Assembly (NCBI GenBank): GCA_043811375.1
Contig: JBDRNJ010000019.1
Coordinates: forward strand, 39,755 to 103,754
Length of the DNA stretch: 64,000 nt
DNA from: a bacterium
GTDB lineage: Bacteria > Zixibacteria > MSB-5A5 > GN15 > FEB-12
Reading direction: 5' to 3'
Shown here: piece by piece, positions 19,157 to 29,877 of the stretch
Layout of the letters: every line of letters starts with the position of its first letter
Numbering within the stretch: position 1 is the stretch's first letter
Notes under the pieces: model-generated
The model's input: the letters and a program-made list of their open reading frames with translations, nothing else
Database searches by the model: none
Told to the model about the DNA's origin: nothing
Translations under genes and position numbers: made by a program

Positions 19157-20497
19157 CTAACTGACAATATGTTCCCGGGATATCTGCCGACCGTACAACA
19201 GGTCATCACCCCAAACCGAGACTGTCCGGGCCAAAGATGAGCGCTTGATACCGGCTCGGACCAGATTGTGCATAATTGTCGGGGGATGGCTGAAGGGGCA
19301 GACTTTCATGCACAGGCCGCAATCGGTGCCGACCACGCGCCAGTAATGAAAACAACGCTCAACATCAAGTTGCCACTTGCGAACTCCACGGACGACGGTG
19401 GTAGAGCCTTCAGGAATCGCGCGGGGTGGGCAGTTGACGGCACACTTTTGGCAACGACGACAAAAGTCCTGAACTCCAAAGGCGATGGGTCGGTCGGGCA
19501 CCAGCGGCAGATCGGTGGTGACGGCGCCCAGGCGGATACGGGCACCGAACCGAGGTGAGATCAGATAACCCAGGCGTCCCAGCTCGCCCAGACCGGCGTC
19601 TTGCGCCACCGCCGGCAGGATGATCTGGTAGTTGCTGTCGGAAATGTGCGCCCGGGCCGGATAACCAAAATTGCGGATGTACGCCGCCAGTCTCACGGAA
19701 ATCTGAGCTGCGAGCAGATACTGCCGGGCAGATTCCTCCACGATCGGCATCTCCGGCGCCTTACGCACTATTTGGTAAGCCATTTCCAGCGAGAATACGA
19801 TGGCAAAACGATGTCGATTGTCGATTGGGGCACCCCACGGCTCCGGACCACGACCGACGTGCGAGTAGAGGTGCATCGGGTTCAACCGCGCCACACCAAC
19901 TTCGTCGGCGCCCAGCCGAAGAACGAACTCTTTGATTTCCGGAGTTATGCGGTCGGGATCAACTTCGTGAGTCTCCTGCCGAACCTCGCCATCCACTTGA
20001 GATGTCATGCTGCGGATATCCGCAAATACTGACTTGACTCTCCGAGCCGTATCCGGATTGTAGAAACGACCCCCGGGCTGGAGTATTGCCGGCAGTTGCC
20101 GCCAACGATCATCTATCTTTTTTTCCTCCGGGTGCGTTGAATAGTACTGTCGATATTTCTCGGAATCGGGAAGGTACTCCTCGCGGGCAAACATGGTATC
20201 GCGCTCGTCAACGCGTTCATTGACCCCGGTGCCGTCGAGGACCGTTATGGGACCGGTGGGGATGAACCAGAGGATAACTGCCGCAACCATCAAGACCATC
20301 ACAGAAACCCGGACCCAATCCGGCGTCGGCAACCATACGGTCAGACTATACCAGACTCCGGCAGCAATCAACATCAGCACCAGACTGATGACCGCCGCTC
20401 GCCTTTCCCGCTCCCAAATGGAACTGATGCCATACATGGCCAGTCCGACCACTATCATCCCACCAACCGGCAGGAACAGTATTTCGATCAGGTTCAT
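19157..20497 (-). CDS. Membrane-anchored reductive dehalogenase/QueG-like cobalamin, 2x[4Fe-4S] protein
   Basis: Three N-terminal TM helices; AGLGELGRLG, FGARIRLGAVTTDLPL, FCRRCQKCAVNCP, CFHYW...DCGLCMKVCPF. Confidence 0.8.
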   Translation of the reverse strand: MNLIEILFLPVGGMIVVGLAMYGISSIWERERRAAVISLVLMLIAAGVWYSLTVWLPTPDWVRVSVMVLMVAAVILWFIPTGPITVLDGTGVNERVDERDTMFAREEYLPDSEKYRQYYSTHPEEKKIDDRWRQLPAILQPGGRFYNPDTARRVKSVFADIRSMTSQVDGEVRQETHEVDPDRITPEIKEFVLRLGADEVGVARLNPMHLYSHVGRGPEPWGAPIDNRHRFAIVFSLEMAYQIVRKAPEMPIVEESARQYLLAAQISVRLAAYIRNFGYPARAHISDSNYQIILPAVAQDAGLGELGRLGYLISPRFGARIRLGAVTTDLPLVPDRPIAFGVQDFCRRCQKCAVNCPPRAIPEGSTTVVRGVRKWQLDVERCFHYWRVVGTDCGLCMKVCPFSHPPTIMHNLVRAGIKRSSLARTVSVWGDDLLYGRQISREHIVS

Positions 20498-20630
20498 CTT
20501 CTGTTCTCACTTGATATTATGTCAGAATACTACACAGCATTGACGATGGCAAGCAAGCCCACTCACCCGGGAGCCGGCAGCAGATAGATTGCCTACTAAG
20601 ACAACGCTCGGTGATTCCGATAAACTCAAT

Positions 20631-21089
20631 ATGACTAAAACAACTGAACTACCCGAATCGTTTGCCGTTGACCACCGGCAGATGTCGGCTTCGCAGGTAA
20701 GGAAAGCCGTTGTTCTTACCGGCCCGGGCGGGGATCGGATAAGCAAGTTCGATCTCCGGTTCGTCAGACCCAATAGCGCGGCGCTACCCACGTCAGCCAT
20801 GCACACGCTGGAACACCTGCTGGCTTCTTACCTGAGAGAATACCTCTAAGGCGTTATCGATCTGTCACCAATGGGTTGCCGGACCGGGTTTTATTTGACG
20901 GTATGGGGAACTCCCGACACCGAGTCGATCCGAACGGCACTGAAAGAGTCATTGCGGAAAGTGGTACAAACTGAATGGTCGAACGTGCCCGGTGTCTCTG
21001 AGGTGGAATGCGGCAACTACCGGGATCATTCCCTATTTTCGGCACAGGAATATGCCCGGCAGATTCTAAAGGGATTTCAAAAAACATGA
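20631..21089 (+). pseudogene. luxS: S-ribosylhomocysteine lyase LuxS interrupted by an in-frame TAA (20847-20849)
   Basis: ESFAVDH, HTLEH, then stop, then the same frame continues GVIDLSPMGCRTGFY...ECGNYRDHSL. Confidence 0.88.
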
Positions 21090-21823
21090 CTGGTCTGATC
21101 GGCGCTATGGCCGAAGAAATTGAGTTGTTCCGCATGAACCTGGAGGCGGCCGGGTCACAAACATACGCTCGCATGGAGTACCTGACCGGGCAGATTAAAG
21201 GTCAGGAAGTAGTGTTGCTTAAGTCGGGGATCGGCAAAGTCAACGCCACTATCGGAACCCAGGTCATGATCGACCGGTTTGATATCGAGCAGATCATCTT
21301 CACCGGCCTGGCCGGAGCATTGGTGCCGAATCTCAATCGCGGCGACATGGTGGTGGCCAACCATGTGGTGCAGTACGATTTTGATTTGACCGCTTTCGGT
21401 CGCCGACACGGGGAATTGCCAGACGTCGGCCGCCTGATCGAGGCCGACCCGCGTCTGGTCAAGCTGGTCTGCTATGGTTTTGACGATATCTTCAAATTGA
21501 AAAGGGGTGCGCCCCGGTTGCAGGTTGGTACCATTGCTTCCGGCGACCGGTTCGTGTCGGACCCACGCAAAATTGAATGGTTGCAACGCGAGTTTGGCGC
21601 TGTAGCCACTGAAATGGAAGGCGCCGCCGTCGGCTACACCTGTCTCGTCAACGAAGTACCGTTTGTGGTTCTGCGGACTATCTCTGACACCGCCGGCACC
21701 ACCGCTCCGGAAGAATTCGACAAATATCTGACTCAGGCCTCGCATAACTCGTTTCGAGTGGTCAGCACTATCCTCGAAGTGATGTCCCACCGCGCCGCCG
21801 TGGAGACAGCCGGCAACAATTGA
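21086..21823 (+). CDS. mtnN: 5'-methylthioadenosine/S-adenosylhomocysteine nucleosidase
   Basis: GLIGAMAEE, SGIGKVNA, SGDRFV, EMEGAA, RTISD; ATGA overlap with luxS. Confidence 0.93.
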   Translation: MTGLIGAMAEEIELFRMNLEAAGSQTYARMEYLTGQIKGQEVVLLKSGIGKVNATIGTQVMIDRFDIEQIIFTGLAGALVPNLNRGDMVVANHVVQYDFDLTAFGRRHGELPDVGRLIEADPRLVKLVCYGFDDIFKLKRGAPRLQVGTIASGDRFVSDPRKIEWLQREFGAVATEMEGAAVGYTCLVNEVPFVVLRTISDTAGTTAPEEFDKYLTQASHNSFRVVSTILEVMSHRAAVETAGNN

Positions 21824-22010
21824 CGCTACGGCCGTCTCCGGTATCATCAACTCTCAACTCCCCTGGTCGCGCAGCACCTCAAAATAAAAGTTGAACCCTA
21901 CTCACGGTCCTGATAACTTCCGGTGACGGAACAGTAGTTCAAAACCCCGGTGGTTTTGACTTCTTGTCCTGAAAGCAAATGAACAAACATACACCATCAA
22001 AGGAGTGATG

Positions 22011-22607
22011 ATGAAAAAACTGTTGATCTTAGTCATGCTGGCGGCCCTGGTGGCCGGATGCGGCGGCGGAAAGACCGTCACCCGACTGGATACTGAGTCG
22101 GTGACTGACTTAAGCGGCAAGTGGAACGATACCGACGCTCGCCTGGTTGCCGAAGAAATGATTTCCGACTGCGTGTCGCGGGCCTGGCTGACCGGTTTTG
22201 CCGCCGCCCAGAGCAAGAAGCCGGTGGTCACGGTAGGCACTATCCGCAATATGACCAGCGAACATATCAATATGGAGACCTTTATCTCCGATTTTGAACG
22301 CGAGCTGATCAACGCCAACCAGGTGCGGTTCGTGGCCAGCCATGAGCAACGTGCCGAAGTGCGCGAAGAACGCTTCGAACAGGCGGAGTTCGCCTCCAAG
22401 GAGACCGCCAAACGCTTGCACGATGAACTGGGCGCCGATTTCATCCTGCAGGGCGCGGTCAAGACTATCACCGACCAGGAAGGCGGCAAGCAGGTAGTGT
22501 TCTACCAGACCGACCTGGAACTGGTTAATGTCGAAACGATGGAGAAGGTCTGGATCGGCACCAAAAAGATCAAGAAGGGTATCGCCCAGGGCAAGACCAA
22601 GTGGTAG
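22011..22607 (+). CDS. lpoB: Penicillin-binding protein activator LpoB-like lipoprotein
   Basis: Lipobox VAGC, DLSGKWNDTD, VGTIRNMTSEHI, GADFILQG, YQTDLELVNVET. Confidence 0.75.
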   Translation: MKKLLILVMLAALVAGCGGGKTVTRLDTESVTDLSGKWNDTDARLVAEEMISDCVSRAWLTGFAAAQSKKPVVTVGTIRNMTSEHINMETFISDFERELINANQVRFVASHEQRAEVREERFEQAEFASKETAKRLHDELGADFILQGAVKTITDQEGGKQVVFYQTDLELVNVETMEKVWIGTKKIKKGIAQGKTKW

Positions 22608-22613
22608 TCGGCT

Positions 22614-24014
22614 GTGGCCGGTAGTATAGCCATACGAAAGCTTCTGGCGGCACTGCTGGCGCTGGTCGTTCTGGCAGGATGCGGTTCGGTCGCTACTCGC
22701 AAGAAGTTCTACGAGCCGATCACGGCCGAACTGCGCGCCGGCAACACCACCGGTGCGGTGCAGATGCTGGAGACGGCCAATGACAAGAAGAAGTACGCCC
22801 AGAAAGACCGCCTGCTGTATTTCGTTGATGCCGGTTTGCTCAACCATTACTCCGGGGAATTCGAGACCAGCAATGCCAAACTGCACCTGGCCGAGGAAGC
22901 TGCCGAGGAACTGTTCACCAAAAGCATCTCGCGGGCGGCGGTATCGCTGCTTTTGAACGACAACGCTTTGGAGTATTCCGGCGAAGATTACGAAGTCCTT
23001 TACACCAATCTCATCAAGGCGCTTAACTATATTGCCCTGAACCAGTTTGATGAAGCCTTTGTCGAGATTCGGCGTGCCAACCTGAAACTGGAACTGCTCG
23101 AACAAAAATACGCCGATGCCGCCGCCGAACTTCAGCGCGGTTCTCCCGATGATACCGACCGGGTCGAACTCGTCTACAAAGTCAGTGAGACCCGCTTTCA
23201 CAACGATGCCTTCGCCCGCTACCTGAGTATGCATATCTATGCTGCCGACGGCAAGATGGATGACGCTCGTATCGACTACGATTTCCTGCAGCAGGCGTTC
23301 CGGACGCAGCAGCACATATATGATTTTGAGCCGCCGGATGTGAAGTATTACTCGGAAGACAGGGCGATCCTGAGTGTAGTCGGCCTGGCCGGACTGGCGC
23401 CGGTGAAGGAAGCTCTCTCGCTACGAATCAGAACCGATAAAGACCTCGGACTGGTGCAGGTTCTCTACGACGGCGGGGACAATGCCGGCGCCGAGTACGG
23501 TCACCTGCCGGTCCCGGTTAAAGCGGATTACTATTTCAAGTTCGCTATCCCAAAAATCGTGCCGCGACCATCGTTAATAAATGAAATCAAAGTGCTGGTC
23601 GACGGCGAACCCATCGGTCGATTGCAGCTTCTGGAAGATGTCGCGAAGGTGGCCGAGGAAACTTTTACGGCTCGGAAGTCGCTCATCTACGTTCGTTCAG
23701 TAGCCCGCGCTATCGCCAAAGGTCTGGCGGCTCACCAGCTCAAGAAGAAAGCCGATACCGGCGGCCTTACTGGCTGGCTGAAAAAAGCGGCCATTGATGT
23801 CGGTACCGACCTGATCGAGAACGCCGACTTGAGATCAAGTCAGTTTCTGCCCGGGATGATTTATGTCGGAGATTTCGAAATCGATCCGGGCACACATCGT
23901 GTGGCTATCCAATTCTACGATGCGACGGGCGATCTCGTGGGAGAGACTACCTATGACGCCTATGAAGTCGTCAGCAACGGGTTGAACCTGATCGAAGCGT
24001 TTTCCGTCCAGTGA
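22614..24014 (+). CDS. COG3014-like helical-repeat lipoprotein, LpoB neighbour
   Basis: Lipobox LAGC, YSGEDYE, EAFVEIRR, ADLRSSQFLP. Confidence 0.7.
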   Translation: MAGSIAIRKLLAALLALVVLAGCGSVATRKKFYEPITAELRAGNTTGAVQMLETANDKKKYAQKDRLLYFVDAGLLNHYSGEFETSNAKLHLAEEAAEELFTKSISRAAVSLLLNDNALEYSGEDYEVLYTNLIKALNYIALNQFDEAFVEIRRANLKLELLEQKYADAAAELQRGSPDDTDRVELVYKVSETRFHNDAFARYLSMHIYAADGKMDDARIDYDFLQQAFRTQQHIYDFEPPDVKYYSEDRAILSVVGLAGLAPVKEALSLRIRTDKDLGLVQVLYDGGDNAGAEYGHLPVPVKADYYFKFAIPKIVPRPSLINEIKVLVDGEPIGRLQLLEDVAKVAEETFTARKSLIYVRSVARAIAKGLAAHQLKKKADTGGLTGWLKKAAIDVGTDLIENADLRSSQFLPGMIYVGDFEIDPGTHRVAIQFYDATGDLVGETTYDAYEVVSNGLNLIEAFSVQ

Positions 24015-24057
24015 GTACCGGCCTGTCGTCTTCTCGGCATTGTGTCATCAGCCAGTA

Positions 24058-27000
24058 TCAGCAGGGAGGTGGTGGCGAGCCGCCCTGGAACAGGTAGGCT
24101 ACGAGATAAGTAAGGTCGCCGACATCGACACCACCATTGGCGTCAACATCACCCTCGTCAGTACATGGAGGTGGATTACCTCCCTGGAACAGGTACGCTA
24201 CCAACCGGGTCAGGTCACCGACATCCGTACTACCCGTGTTGTCAACGTCACCGCGCAGATCGCAGCATGATGGTTCGACTGGATTTCCATACCAGTATCG
24301 CATCTTGTCAACCTCGTCAAGGAAGTCACTCAGGTTACCGTTCTCTTGTGTTATGATCCCGTAGTAGAACTGGAATGTATCCGCCGCCGTCAATGTGGGC
24401 AGAGTGTCAAAGACCATAACAGCATACAAGTCTACCCCGGTACTGTCGGAGACAGCATAGCCGCTGTTGGCCATGTACTTGAAAAGCGAATCCTTCGGGA
24501 AACTGCCGGTCGGATAAACATCGCTGGGGTTATCCCGGGTATAGGCGCCGTGCGGCAGGCTGTCATAAAGGCTGCCGTTTAGATGTGCCCCAAGGAAGCT
24601 GATTCCCCCGTAGCGACTGTCGTTGAGTTGACATCCCAATCCGTCATACTCGGCGCCCTGCAGGTAGATCAGGCTATGGACACTGTCACAGCCGGAATGG
24701 TTGCGCGAGCCGGTATCCGAGGGAATGTCAAAATCGACTGCCTCACCAATACGTACACTGGTGGGCGGTACTTTCAACGTATCATTCAGATAGATCGTGA
24801 GGCACTCTACGATGAAACTGCAGGTGTCGGAATGTTGCGGAGCATACCAGGTCTTCTCCATGGCGATCAGTGAGTCATAGGTTACGAACCTGCCGGTCCG
24901 AAACAATTGGTAGCGGCCGGAATCGGCGGTGGCAGTGTCGCCCAGCGGGACCAGTCCACGAGAGTCATCACAGGTCACGTTGAACATGGAGTAGTTGACA
25001 ATGGTATCATTCCCACCGGTAAGGTAACCGATAACCGGGGAACCATCGTAGACATAGATAGTGGCGGTGGTGTCACAGTCGCCGGAAAAGTAGTAATCCA
25101 TGTTGTACTTGCCCAGACCTTGCTTGCCAAAACCGCCGGTATTGCTCACGATCAGCCTGGTGCAGGCAGTGCTTATCGTGTCCCAGACAGGTTCGATGAG
25201 AGTGTCGACCACAAGATGGCTGACTTCGAGCGTGTCGGGCGAGGTGGCGGCGTTGGACTGGAAAATCAAACGTCCGACCAGATGCACCGTGGTACCGGGA
25301 TTGTTGACCAGACCACCGGTATTGAGTGATACCTGACCGGTATCAGTGTGGCTCAGACCGTAGGAAACTGAGCCACTAAACCCGCTGTGGGCCAGCCATC
25401 CCGAAGGGCCGGTGTCCTCCTGAACTACTATATTGTAGTTCAGGGTCGCGTTTCCCGGGTTATTCACCACCACCGATCGATCACGCTGGCTGCCGTGCCC
25501 GGACCAGGAGGGATAAGTGATTTCTTCCGGTTCAAGAATAAGTCGCGGTTGAGCCAGTGGCGCCACGCAGGCGAGTCGAAACCAGCGTACCTCGGCCTGA
25601 GTCCACCACCCTTCCTGCTGCGTCACGGCACCGGCACTGGGGTCATAGATATATTGCACATCAAGGTAATGACTTTCCGGATCGCTGGAACCGGCCGGAA
25701 CGATGATCTCGATGGCACTGAAATCACCGTTATAATCACTGCCCAGACGAGTCATCGAGGGCCACTGCTCGTTGGCGCATGGACCGCCCAAGCCTCCAGT
25801 CGAATCACATCCGGGTGTGCGGGAATTGGTCAGGTTGCGGGCCTCATCCCAGGTTAGTCCCCCGTCGCTGGAAATTGTCAGGTACAGATCTCCATTGGCG
25901 GCACCATCGGGGAAACCGGGACTGCTGCCGGCAGCGCAGTCATTCTCGACACCGAAAGGGATGTCGTTGAACTGTACAAAGAGGACGTGCAGGTTGTTGT
26001 CGCACTCGGAGAGATTCATTTTCGAGGCCTGCAGTTGCCAGGTGCCTCCGTTACACTCAGTCTGGTCCCAGTCAAAACTGTGTACGGTGCTGATGTGATC
26101 ATCGGTTTCCGACCAGTGACACAATCGTCCCCTCAATGATCCCGGCAGACGGCCCTTGCCGGACTCGGAGGGCCAGATACGCTCATCCCAGACAACATGC
26201 AGATTGCCGTCGGAAGTCATCAGAGCCGAAGTGTTGGCAAAGGCCCGATAACTACTTTCCCCGGGGACATTTCCGGTAACATTGCGGCGCGGTTGCCAGG
26301 TAATGCCGTAATCAGACGAGATTTGATAATAGAGGTCATTATCCATCTGCGGATAATCTCGACACTCCCAGCCGGAGCAGGTGTCACAAGGGTCGCCGGC
26401 GCAAGGCAGGTTGGCTGTCCACACCAGCGCCACCCGGCCCGAGCCATCGGCAGCGATATCGTGCGCGGGGGTATACACCGTATCAACTATATAAGGCGGG
26501 TCATCCCAGGTGCCGCCGGCACCGGCGCCCACCTTCCGAAAATAGTAAAGAAAAGCCGGTTCAAAATTTCCAAGCCCGGATTCTACTGCCAGAATATGCA
26601 GAACAGTATCACCCGGACCCTCCTGGTAACGGAATTTCGGCCACATGACTTCCCGGCCAGGTGTACCGCCATAGCTGGAAATATGGCCCGGGACCTGCGC
26701 TTGAGTACTGAAATCGGCCAATCCCGGGCCGGCATCCCAGTAGAAATGACAGTCAATATCTCCATCGGCTCCCTCTCGGTTGTGGCCGCCAACCACAGCC
26801 CGACCGTCGCCGCAGACGTCGATACCCACAAAACCACCATTGTCGTCCAGAGACTGCAGACCGGTCTCTGTCAGAAAGTTGCCGGTGACGGCATTATAGC
26901 TGTAGTAGTGATACTCGCGGCCGAACCAGGCGGCGCCGGGCAGGTACATCCAACTGAAGTGGACAATCATAGTGTCCGGACTGCCGTGAAGCGACCAGGT

Positions 27001-27294
27001 AATCATGCGTCCCATAGACCCCAAATGCTGACCGTCAACCCACGTATGGCCGACTGTAGTGCCGGGCGATACTGCTGACAAGGAGACACCCAGGGGGTGC
27101 GGGCATGTACTTGAAACAGGTGATTCGACGCCATGATTGGCGGAACTGTACGGCCGCAGCAGGCCGGCGAAGGTATCCGCAGACCCGTTTCTCTCAGGAG
27201 AAGTTGTTGAGCCAGCCTTCAGTGGTGTCACCAACCATACGAACAGCGACAGAACACCGAGAATAACAGCAAACAAATACCTCCCGGACGTCAT
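24058..27294 (-). CDS. Secreted protein with Asp-box (BNR) motifs and C-terminal dockerin-like domain
   Basis: Signal peptide; SSDYGITW and SSDGGLTW Asp boxes; RGDVDNTGSTDVGDLTRLVAYLF ... GDVDANGGVDVGDLTYLVAYLF. Confidence 0.75.
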   Translation of the reverse strand: MTSGRYLFAVILGVLSLFVWLVTPLKAGSTTSPERNGSADTFAGLLRPYSSANHGVESPVSSTCPHPLGVSLSAVSPGTTVGHTWVDGQHLGSMGRMITWSLHGSPDTMIVHFSWMYLPGAAWFGREYHYYSYNAVTGNFLTETGLQSLDDNGGFVGIDVCGDGRAVVGGHNREGADGDIDCHFYWDAGPGLADFSTQAQVPGHISSYGGTPGREVMWPKFRYQEGPGDTVLHILAVESGLGNFEPAFLYYFRKVGAGAGGTWDDPPYIVDTVYTPAHDIAADGSGRVALVWTANLPCAGDPCDTCSGWECRDYPQMDNDLYYQISSDYGITWQPRRNVTGNVPGESSYRAFANTSALMTSDGNLHVVWDERIWPSESGKGRLPGSLRGRLCHWSETDDHISTVHSFDWDQTECNGGTWQLQASKMNLSECDNNLHVLFVQFNDIPFGVENDCAAGSSPGFPDGAANGDLYLTISSDGGLTWDEARNLTNSRTPGCDSTGGLGGPCANEQWPSMTRLGSDYNGDFSAIEIIVPAGSSDPESHYLDVQYIYDPSAGAVTQQEGWWTQAEVRWFRLACVAPLAQPRLILEPEEITYPSWSGHGSQRDRSVVVNNPGNATLNYNIVVQEDTGPSGWLAHSGFSGSVSYGLSHTDTGQVSLNTGGLVNNPGTTVHLVGRLIFQSNAATSPDTLEVSHLVVDTLIEPVWDTISTACTRLIVSNTGGFGKQGLGKYNMDYYFSGDCDTTATIYVYDGSPVIGYLTGGNDTIVNYSMFNVTCDDSRGLVPLGDTATADSGRYQLFRTGRFVTYDSLIAMEKTWYAPQHSDTCSFIVECLTIYLNDTLKVPPTSVRIGEAVDFDIPSDTGSRNHSGCDSVHSLIYLQGAEYDGLGCQLNDSRYGGISFLGAHLNGSLYDSLPHGAYTRDNPSDVYPTGSFPKDSLFKYMANSGYAVSDSTGVDLYAVMVFDTLPTLTAADTFQFYYGIITQENGNLSDFLDEVDKMRYWYGNPVEPSCCDLRGDVDNTGSTDVGDLTRLVAYLFQGGNPPPCTDEGDVDANGGVDVGDLTYLVAYLFQGGSPPPPC

Positions 27295-27498
27295 ACTGAC
27301 CCTTGATTCAAAGTAAAATACCTTCCGCAGGGCAGGTTATGCGTTGATTGACGGGGGCATCACTGCAAACTACAAGACCGAGCAGAGAAACGGCTGCCCT
27401 TCAACTAACAAGATATGTCATCTGCCCGTAAATGTCAAGGTGAAGATAGGTGCACCCCGGGCTCCGGTCGCTGCCGGAAGGGTCGCCGGGGAAATGAA

Positions 27499-27528
27499 TT
27501 GACAAACAGATTTTCCGATGTATAATAT
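27499..27528 (+). promoter_or_regulatory. Sigma70-type promoter of the tRNA pair
   Basis: TTGACA-N18-TATAAT, 12 nt before tRNA-Gly. Confidence 0.75.
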
Positions 27529-27540
27529 GACAGGTAATAA

Positions 27541-27617
<77 letters not shown>

Positions 27618-27621
27618 GTTG

Positions 27622-27693
<72 letters not shown>

Positions 27694-27913
27694 GTTTTCT
27701 AATCTCACACTTAACCCTTTACCGATACAAGACTTAGTTCATTAAACCAGCAGAAATACAGCCCTGGCTAATGTCGTTACTCAGGAGCCTCGACTCAAAA
27801 CAATGTTGCCTTGCCGCCAGCAAAGTCTTATCCTACTATCGTAGAATCCAAGGGGTCCGGCCTCTGATTTTGACCGCGATCAGCCAGAATACCGGCAGGA
27901 AAGATGATAACCG

Positions 27914-28864
27914 ATGTCGACATCATGGACATTTTCAGCAACAACTCCAACTCGGAACCGAGTGATCCGGGCATGCCTGAAGGCGACCATCGGGACATTG
28001 ATACTATTGCAGGTGGGATGCGGCGATACCGACCGGAAGGAGAGCCTGCCGGAGATGCGTGACTATGTACCACAGGAAGTACTTGGCCGGCACTTGAATG
28101 ATACGGTGTCAACCTATGACCGGGAGACGATTTTCGACTACATCAACGGCGCCGGTGAGGTGTATTTAGCCTATGATTTTCGGAAACTGGCCGTTTTTCG
28201 ACTTCAACAGACCGGTCAACCGGATATCATCGTGGAGATGTTCGACATGGGGTCGACCGATGATGCCTATGGCATTTTCAGCCATGCTCGAGAAGAACAG
28301 GAAGTCGGGATCGGCCACGGTTATGAACATCGCCGCGGTCTGCTGTGTTTCTGGCGAGCTCGTTTCTTTGTTTGTCTCCTCTGTGAAGGGGATTCAGACC
28401 CGGCTGAACAGGCCATCGAGATATTAGCAAAGCAGATTGACGGCAGACTTCCGCAGGCCGGAGGTGAGCCGGAATTGGTCGGCTGTCTGCCGGAAAAGGG
28501 GCTGGTCCCACACAGCGCCCGTTTCTTTCACCTGGCGGCCTCACTGAATTACCACTACTATTTGTCTGACCGGAATATCCTGAATCTTAACCGGCAGACG
28601 CAGGCTGTACTGGCCCGCTACGATCCGGGTACGACCTGGCTCCTCTGCATACAGTATCCTTCAGCCGACGAAGCCCGACAGAGTCATGATAGTTTTATTG
28701 AAAGCTACGTCCCCGAAGCACGTTCGACCGGCGCCGCGGAGATAGCAGACGGCAAATGGCTGGCCGTCGGTCAGGTGCGAGAATACGTCATAGTTGCTCT
28801 GGACGCCCCCTCTGAAATTGCCGCCAGACAACTGACAAGTGCGGTTACTGACAAATTGCCATAA
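27914..28864 (+). CDS. Putative lipoprotein (DUF6599-like); start uncertain
   Basis: LQVGC lipobox; YDRETIFDYINGAGEVYLAYDF, VEMFDMGSTDDAYGIFS. Confidence 0.65.
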   Translation: MSTSWTFSATTPTRNRVIRACLKATIGTLILLQVGCGDTDRKESLPEMRDYVPQEVLGRHLNDTVSTYDRETIFDYINGAGEVYLAYDFRKLAVFRLQQTGQPDIIVEMFDMGSTDDAYGIFSHAREEQEVGIGHGYEHRRGLLCFWRARFFVCLLCEGDSDPAEQAIEILAKQIDGRLPQAGGEPELVGCLPEKGLVPHSARFFHLAASLNYHYYLSDRNILNLNRQTQAVLARYDPGTTWLLCIQYPSADEARQSHDSFIESYVPEARSTGAAEIADGKWLAVGQVREYVIVALDAPSEIAARQLTSAVTDKLP

Positions 28865-28888
28865 AGCAGGCATTGACTGAGGTACAAC

Positions 28889-29788
28889 ATGAAGCATTCG
28901 GAACACTTTTTGACCCGTCGAGATTTCATCAAGAGTACCGGGAGCACGGCGGTGGGTGTGGCTATCGGGTTGCCCTTGATTGCCGGGGAGATAACCAAAC
29001 AGCCAACCAAAGCCCGGGTCGTGCTGGTGCGTCACAAAGAGGTCGTCACAGCCGATGGCAAGATCAATGGCGAGATCATTGGGCGGATGCTGGACCAGGC
29101 GGTGTCGGCACTGCTTGATGTTTCGGAGCCGGCCGCCGGCTGGAAGAAGATAGTACATCCCGAGGACGTGGTCGGCATCAAGAGCAACGAGTGGGGCCAC
29201 CTGTCGACACCGACGGTTCTGGAGCAGGCTCTCAAAGATCGCATCATTGCCGCTGGCGTAAATAAGAACAATGTCAGCATCGACGACCATGGAGTACTGA
29301 ATAACCCGGTTTTCGCAAAAGCTACCGCCCTGATAAATACACGACCGCTGCGCACTCATGCCTGGTCGGGGGTGGGTAGTTTGATTAAAAACTACATCAT
29401 GTTCTCCCCCGATCCGCCAAAGTACCACCCTGATTCATGTGCCAGCCTGGGAGCGTTGTGGGAACTGCCGGCCGTTAAGGGTAAAACCAGACTGAACGTG
29501 CTGGTCATGCTGACTCCTCTTTTTCACGGCAGCGGCTGGCATCATTTTGATCCGACTTACGTCTGGCCTTATGGTGGTATTCTGGTCGGTACCGACCCGG
29601 TTGCGGTAGATACGATTGGTTTGAGCATATTGGGAGCCAAACGGCGGGCTTTCTTCGACAGTGACCGTCCTCTCAGCCCTCCCGCGCACCATATCGTACT
29701 GGCCGACCGGAAGTACCATTTAGGCACCAGTGACCCGAGCAGGATTGAGTTGATCAAACTCGGTTGGAAAGATGGCATTCTGATTTAG
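28889..29788 (+). CDS. DUF362-like protein with Tat signal
   Basis: LTRRDFIK; VGIKSN, SLIKNY, GTDPVAVD. Confidence 0.72.
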   Translation: MKHSEHFLTRRDFIKSTGSTAVGVAIGLPLIAGEITKQPTKARVVLVRHKEVVTADGKINGEIIGRMLDQAVSALLDVSEPAAGWKKIVHPEDVVGIKSNEWGHLSTPTVLEQALKDRIIAAGVNKNNVSIDDHGVLNNPVFAKATALINTRPLRTHAWSGVGSLIKNYIMFSPDPPKYHPDSCASLGALWELPAVKGKTRLNVLVMLTPLFHGSGWHHFDPTYVWPYGGILVGTDPVAVDTIGLSILGAKRRAFFDSDRPLSPPAHHIVLADRKYHLGTSDPSRIELIKLGWKDGILI

Positions 29789-29848
29789 GCCGAAATTCTC
29801 CGCCGCGACCAGTATCACCACTCCAGCCGGGCCTATACGTAAAATAGC

Positions 29849-29877
29849 TTGACACCGAGAATTTGCAGTCCTATCTT
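29849..29877 (+). promoter_or_regulatory. Candidate sigma70 promoter for the 1789-aa gene
   Basis: TTGACA-N17-TATCTT. Confidence 0.5.

Noticed and set aside
20516..20527. TATTATGTCAGA matching part of the 56315 site
   Set aside because: Only 12 AT-rich bases, found post hoc, and the left part of the 17-mer is missing.
20847..20849. Stop-codon reassignment or selenocysteine in luxS
   Set aside because: The codon is TAA, not TGA, and TAA terminates many intact genes here.
22110..23315. Long antisense ORFs (also 32001-33182, 46670-47725, 47753-48913, 50516-51388)
   Set aside because: Shadow frames opposite well-supported genes with biased codon usage.
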